DNA of 64,000 nt from Atribacterota bacterium (GTDB lineage Bacteria; Atribacterota; Phoenicimicrobiia; Phoenicimicrobiales; Stramentimicrobiaceae), in NCBI GenBank assembly GCA_040767965.1, contig JAXGNR010000005.1, positions 218,623 through 282,622 on the forward strand, given 5' to 3'. Within the stretch, counting starts at the first letter, position 1. Every line of letters starts with the position of its first letter. The position numbers and the translations under genes are program-made. Of the stretch, positions 62,539-64,000 are shown in pieces. Below the pieces are notes generated by a model. It saw only the letters and a program-made list of their open reading frames with translations. It made no database searches and was not told the DNA's origin.

Positions 62539-64000
62539 ATGAAAGAAATGAATGAAACTTATGATTTTAGAGAAATAGAAGAAAAATGGCAAACATATTG
62601 GTATAGTAATAATTATTTCGAAAGCAAAACAGATAAAAATAAACCTAAGTATTATGTTTTAGAGATGTTTCCTTACCCATCAGGAGAGCCTCATATGGGT
62701 CATGTTAAAAACTATGTTATTGGTGATGTAGTAGCAAGGTACAAACATAGCCGAGGTTATAATGTACTGCACCCCATGGGATGGGATTCATTTGGATTAC
62801 CTGCAGAAAATGCGGCTATAAAAAATAAGATCCATCCGGCTACCTGGACAAGAAATAATATAGAAAAAATGAAAAATACTCTTCGATCAATAGGTATAAC
62901 TTATGATTGGAATAGAGAAATATCTACCTGCAGCCCTGAATATTATAAATGGACACAATGGATGTTTTTACAACTATTTAAAAACGATCTTGCATATAAA
63001 AAGAAAGCCGTTGTAAATTGGTGTCCTTCCTGTGCAACAGTGCTAGCAAATGAGCAAGTTGTAAATGGCGGTTGTGAGAGGTGTGGTGCAGAAGTGACAA
63101 AAAAGGAGTTATCACAATGGTTTTTTAAGATTACTGATTATGCACAACAACTCCTTGATGATATGTCCACTTTAGAAGAATGGCCAGATAGGGTTTTAAC
63201 AATGCAAAAGAATTGGATTGGTCGCAGTGAAGGCGCTCAGGTTAAATTTAAAATAGAAGGTAGCAATGAAACATTATCCGTATTTACAACTAGACCTGAT
63301 ACTCTTTATGGGGTGACGTTTTTTGTACTTTCTCCGGAACATCCGATAGTTGAAAAGCTTACTAATGGTACAAAGCATGAAAAACAAATAAATTTATTTA
63401 AAAAAGAAATAGCCAGAGAAAATATCACTGAAAAAGATTTAGCTACAACTGAAAAAAAAGGTTGCTTTACTGGAAGTTATGCTATTAACCCGCTCAACCA
63501 TGATAAGATTCCAATATGGATCGCTAACTATGTTTTAATGGAGTATGGGACAGGAATGGTTATGGCAGTTCCTGCACACGATCAAAGAGATTTAGATTTT
63601 GCCAGAAAATATAATTTACCGGTGAAGGTAGTTATTCAACCCGAAAATACAACACTTTCCGGCGAGACTTTAAAAGAGGCTTATGATGGTGAAGGCGTAA
63701 TGGTTAATTCTGATAATTTTAACGGGCTTTCTAATATAAAAGGCAAAGAGCTTATTATAAAACATTTAGAAGAAAATGGTTTAGGGAAAAAAGAGATTAA
63801 TTTTAGGTTAAGAGATTGGTTAATCTCAAGACAGAGATACTGGGGAGCCCCAATACCGGTTGTCTACTGTAAAGACTGCGGTATTGTACCAGTACCTGAA
63901 AAAGAATTACCAGTTTACTTGCCAGATGACGTAGATTTCAAGCCAACTGGTCTTTCTCCATTATTGTCAAGTAAAAAATTTTTTCATACCATTTGCCCGA
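62539..64000 (+). CDS. leuS: Leucine--tRNA ligase (3' truncated; not in the ORF track)
   Basis: My translation: [76 protein letters not shown]. Confidence 0.97.
   Translation, partial: MKEMNETYDFREIEEKWQTYWYSNNYFESKTDKNKPKYYVLEMFPYPSGEPHMGHVKNYVIGDVVARYKHSRGYNVLHPMGWDSFGLPAENAAIKNKIHPATWTRNNIEKMKNTLRSIGITYDWNREISTCSPEYYKWTQWMFLQLFKNDLAYKKKAVVNWCPSCATVLANEQVVNGGCERCGAEVTKKELSQWFFKITDYAQQLLDDMSTLEEWPDRVLTMQKNWIGRSEGAQVKFKIEGSNETLSVFTTRPDTLYGVTFFVLSPEHPIVEKLTNGTKHEKQINLFKKEIARENITEKDLATTEKKGCFTGSYAINPLNHDKIPIWIANYVLMEYGTGMVMAVPAHDQRDLDFARKYNLPVKVVIQPENTTLSGETLKEAYDGEGVMVNSDNFNGLSNIKGKELIIKHLEENGLGKKEINFRLRDWLISRQRYWGAPIPVVYCKDCGIVPVPEKELPVYLPDDVDFKPTGLSPLLSSKKFFHTICP

Overview
AT-rich bacterial chromosomal window from an anaerobe. 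The gene content resembles Atribacterota or Firmicutes-like lineages, which is inference only. Almost all genes are on the + strand. In order: opp ABC genes; tRNA-Arg and argS; rapZ-yvcK-whiA-rpoN-gap-tpiA-secG; pncB; tRNA-Leu; then a ~28 kb energy-conservation region. That region holds hypA, a complete 14-gene Mrp-linked Mbh-type [NiFe]-hydrogenase operon, a maturation protease, rex, a Rex-boxed operon (DRTGG/CBS-kinase/PHP/kinase regulators plus HndB-NuoE-NuoF and a Cys-type FdhF), mobA, fdhD, an unknown two-repeat membrane protein and hypBFCDE. It is followed by mreBC, rpsF-rpsR-yybS-rplI-dnaB, four tRNAs, rsmA, a small accessory patch, trxB, an EF-G paralog, an unannotated 30-aa membrane peptide gene and the start of leuS. 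The standout observation is the leuS leader: a Leu-specifier T-box riboswitch whose Stem III holds a complete tRNA-Ala(GGC) gene. Several frameshifts, mostly at A/T runs, look like assembly errors rather than biology.
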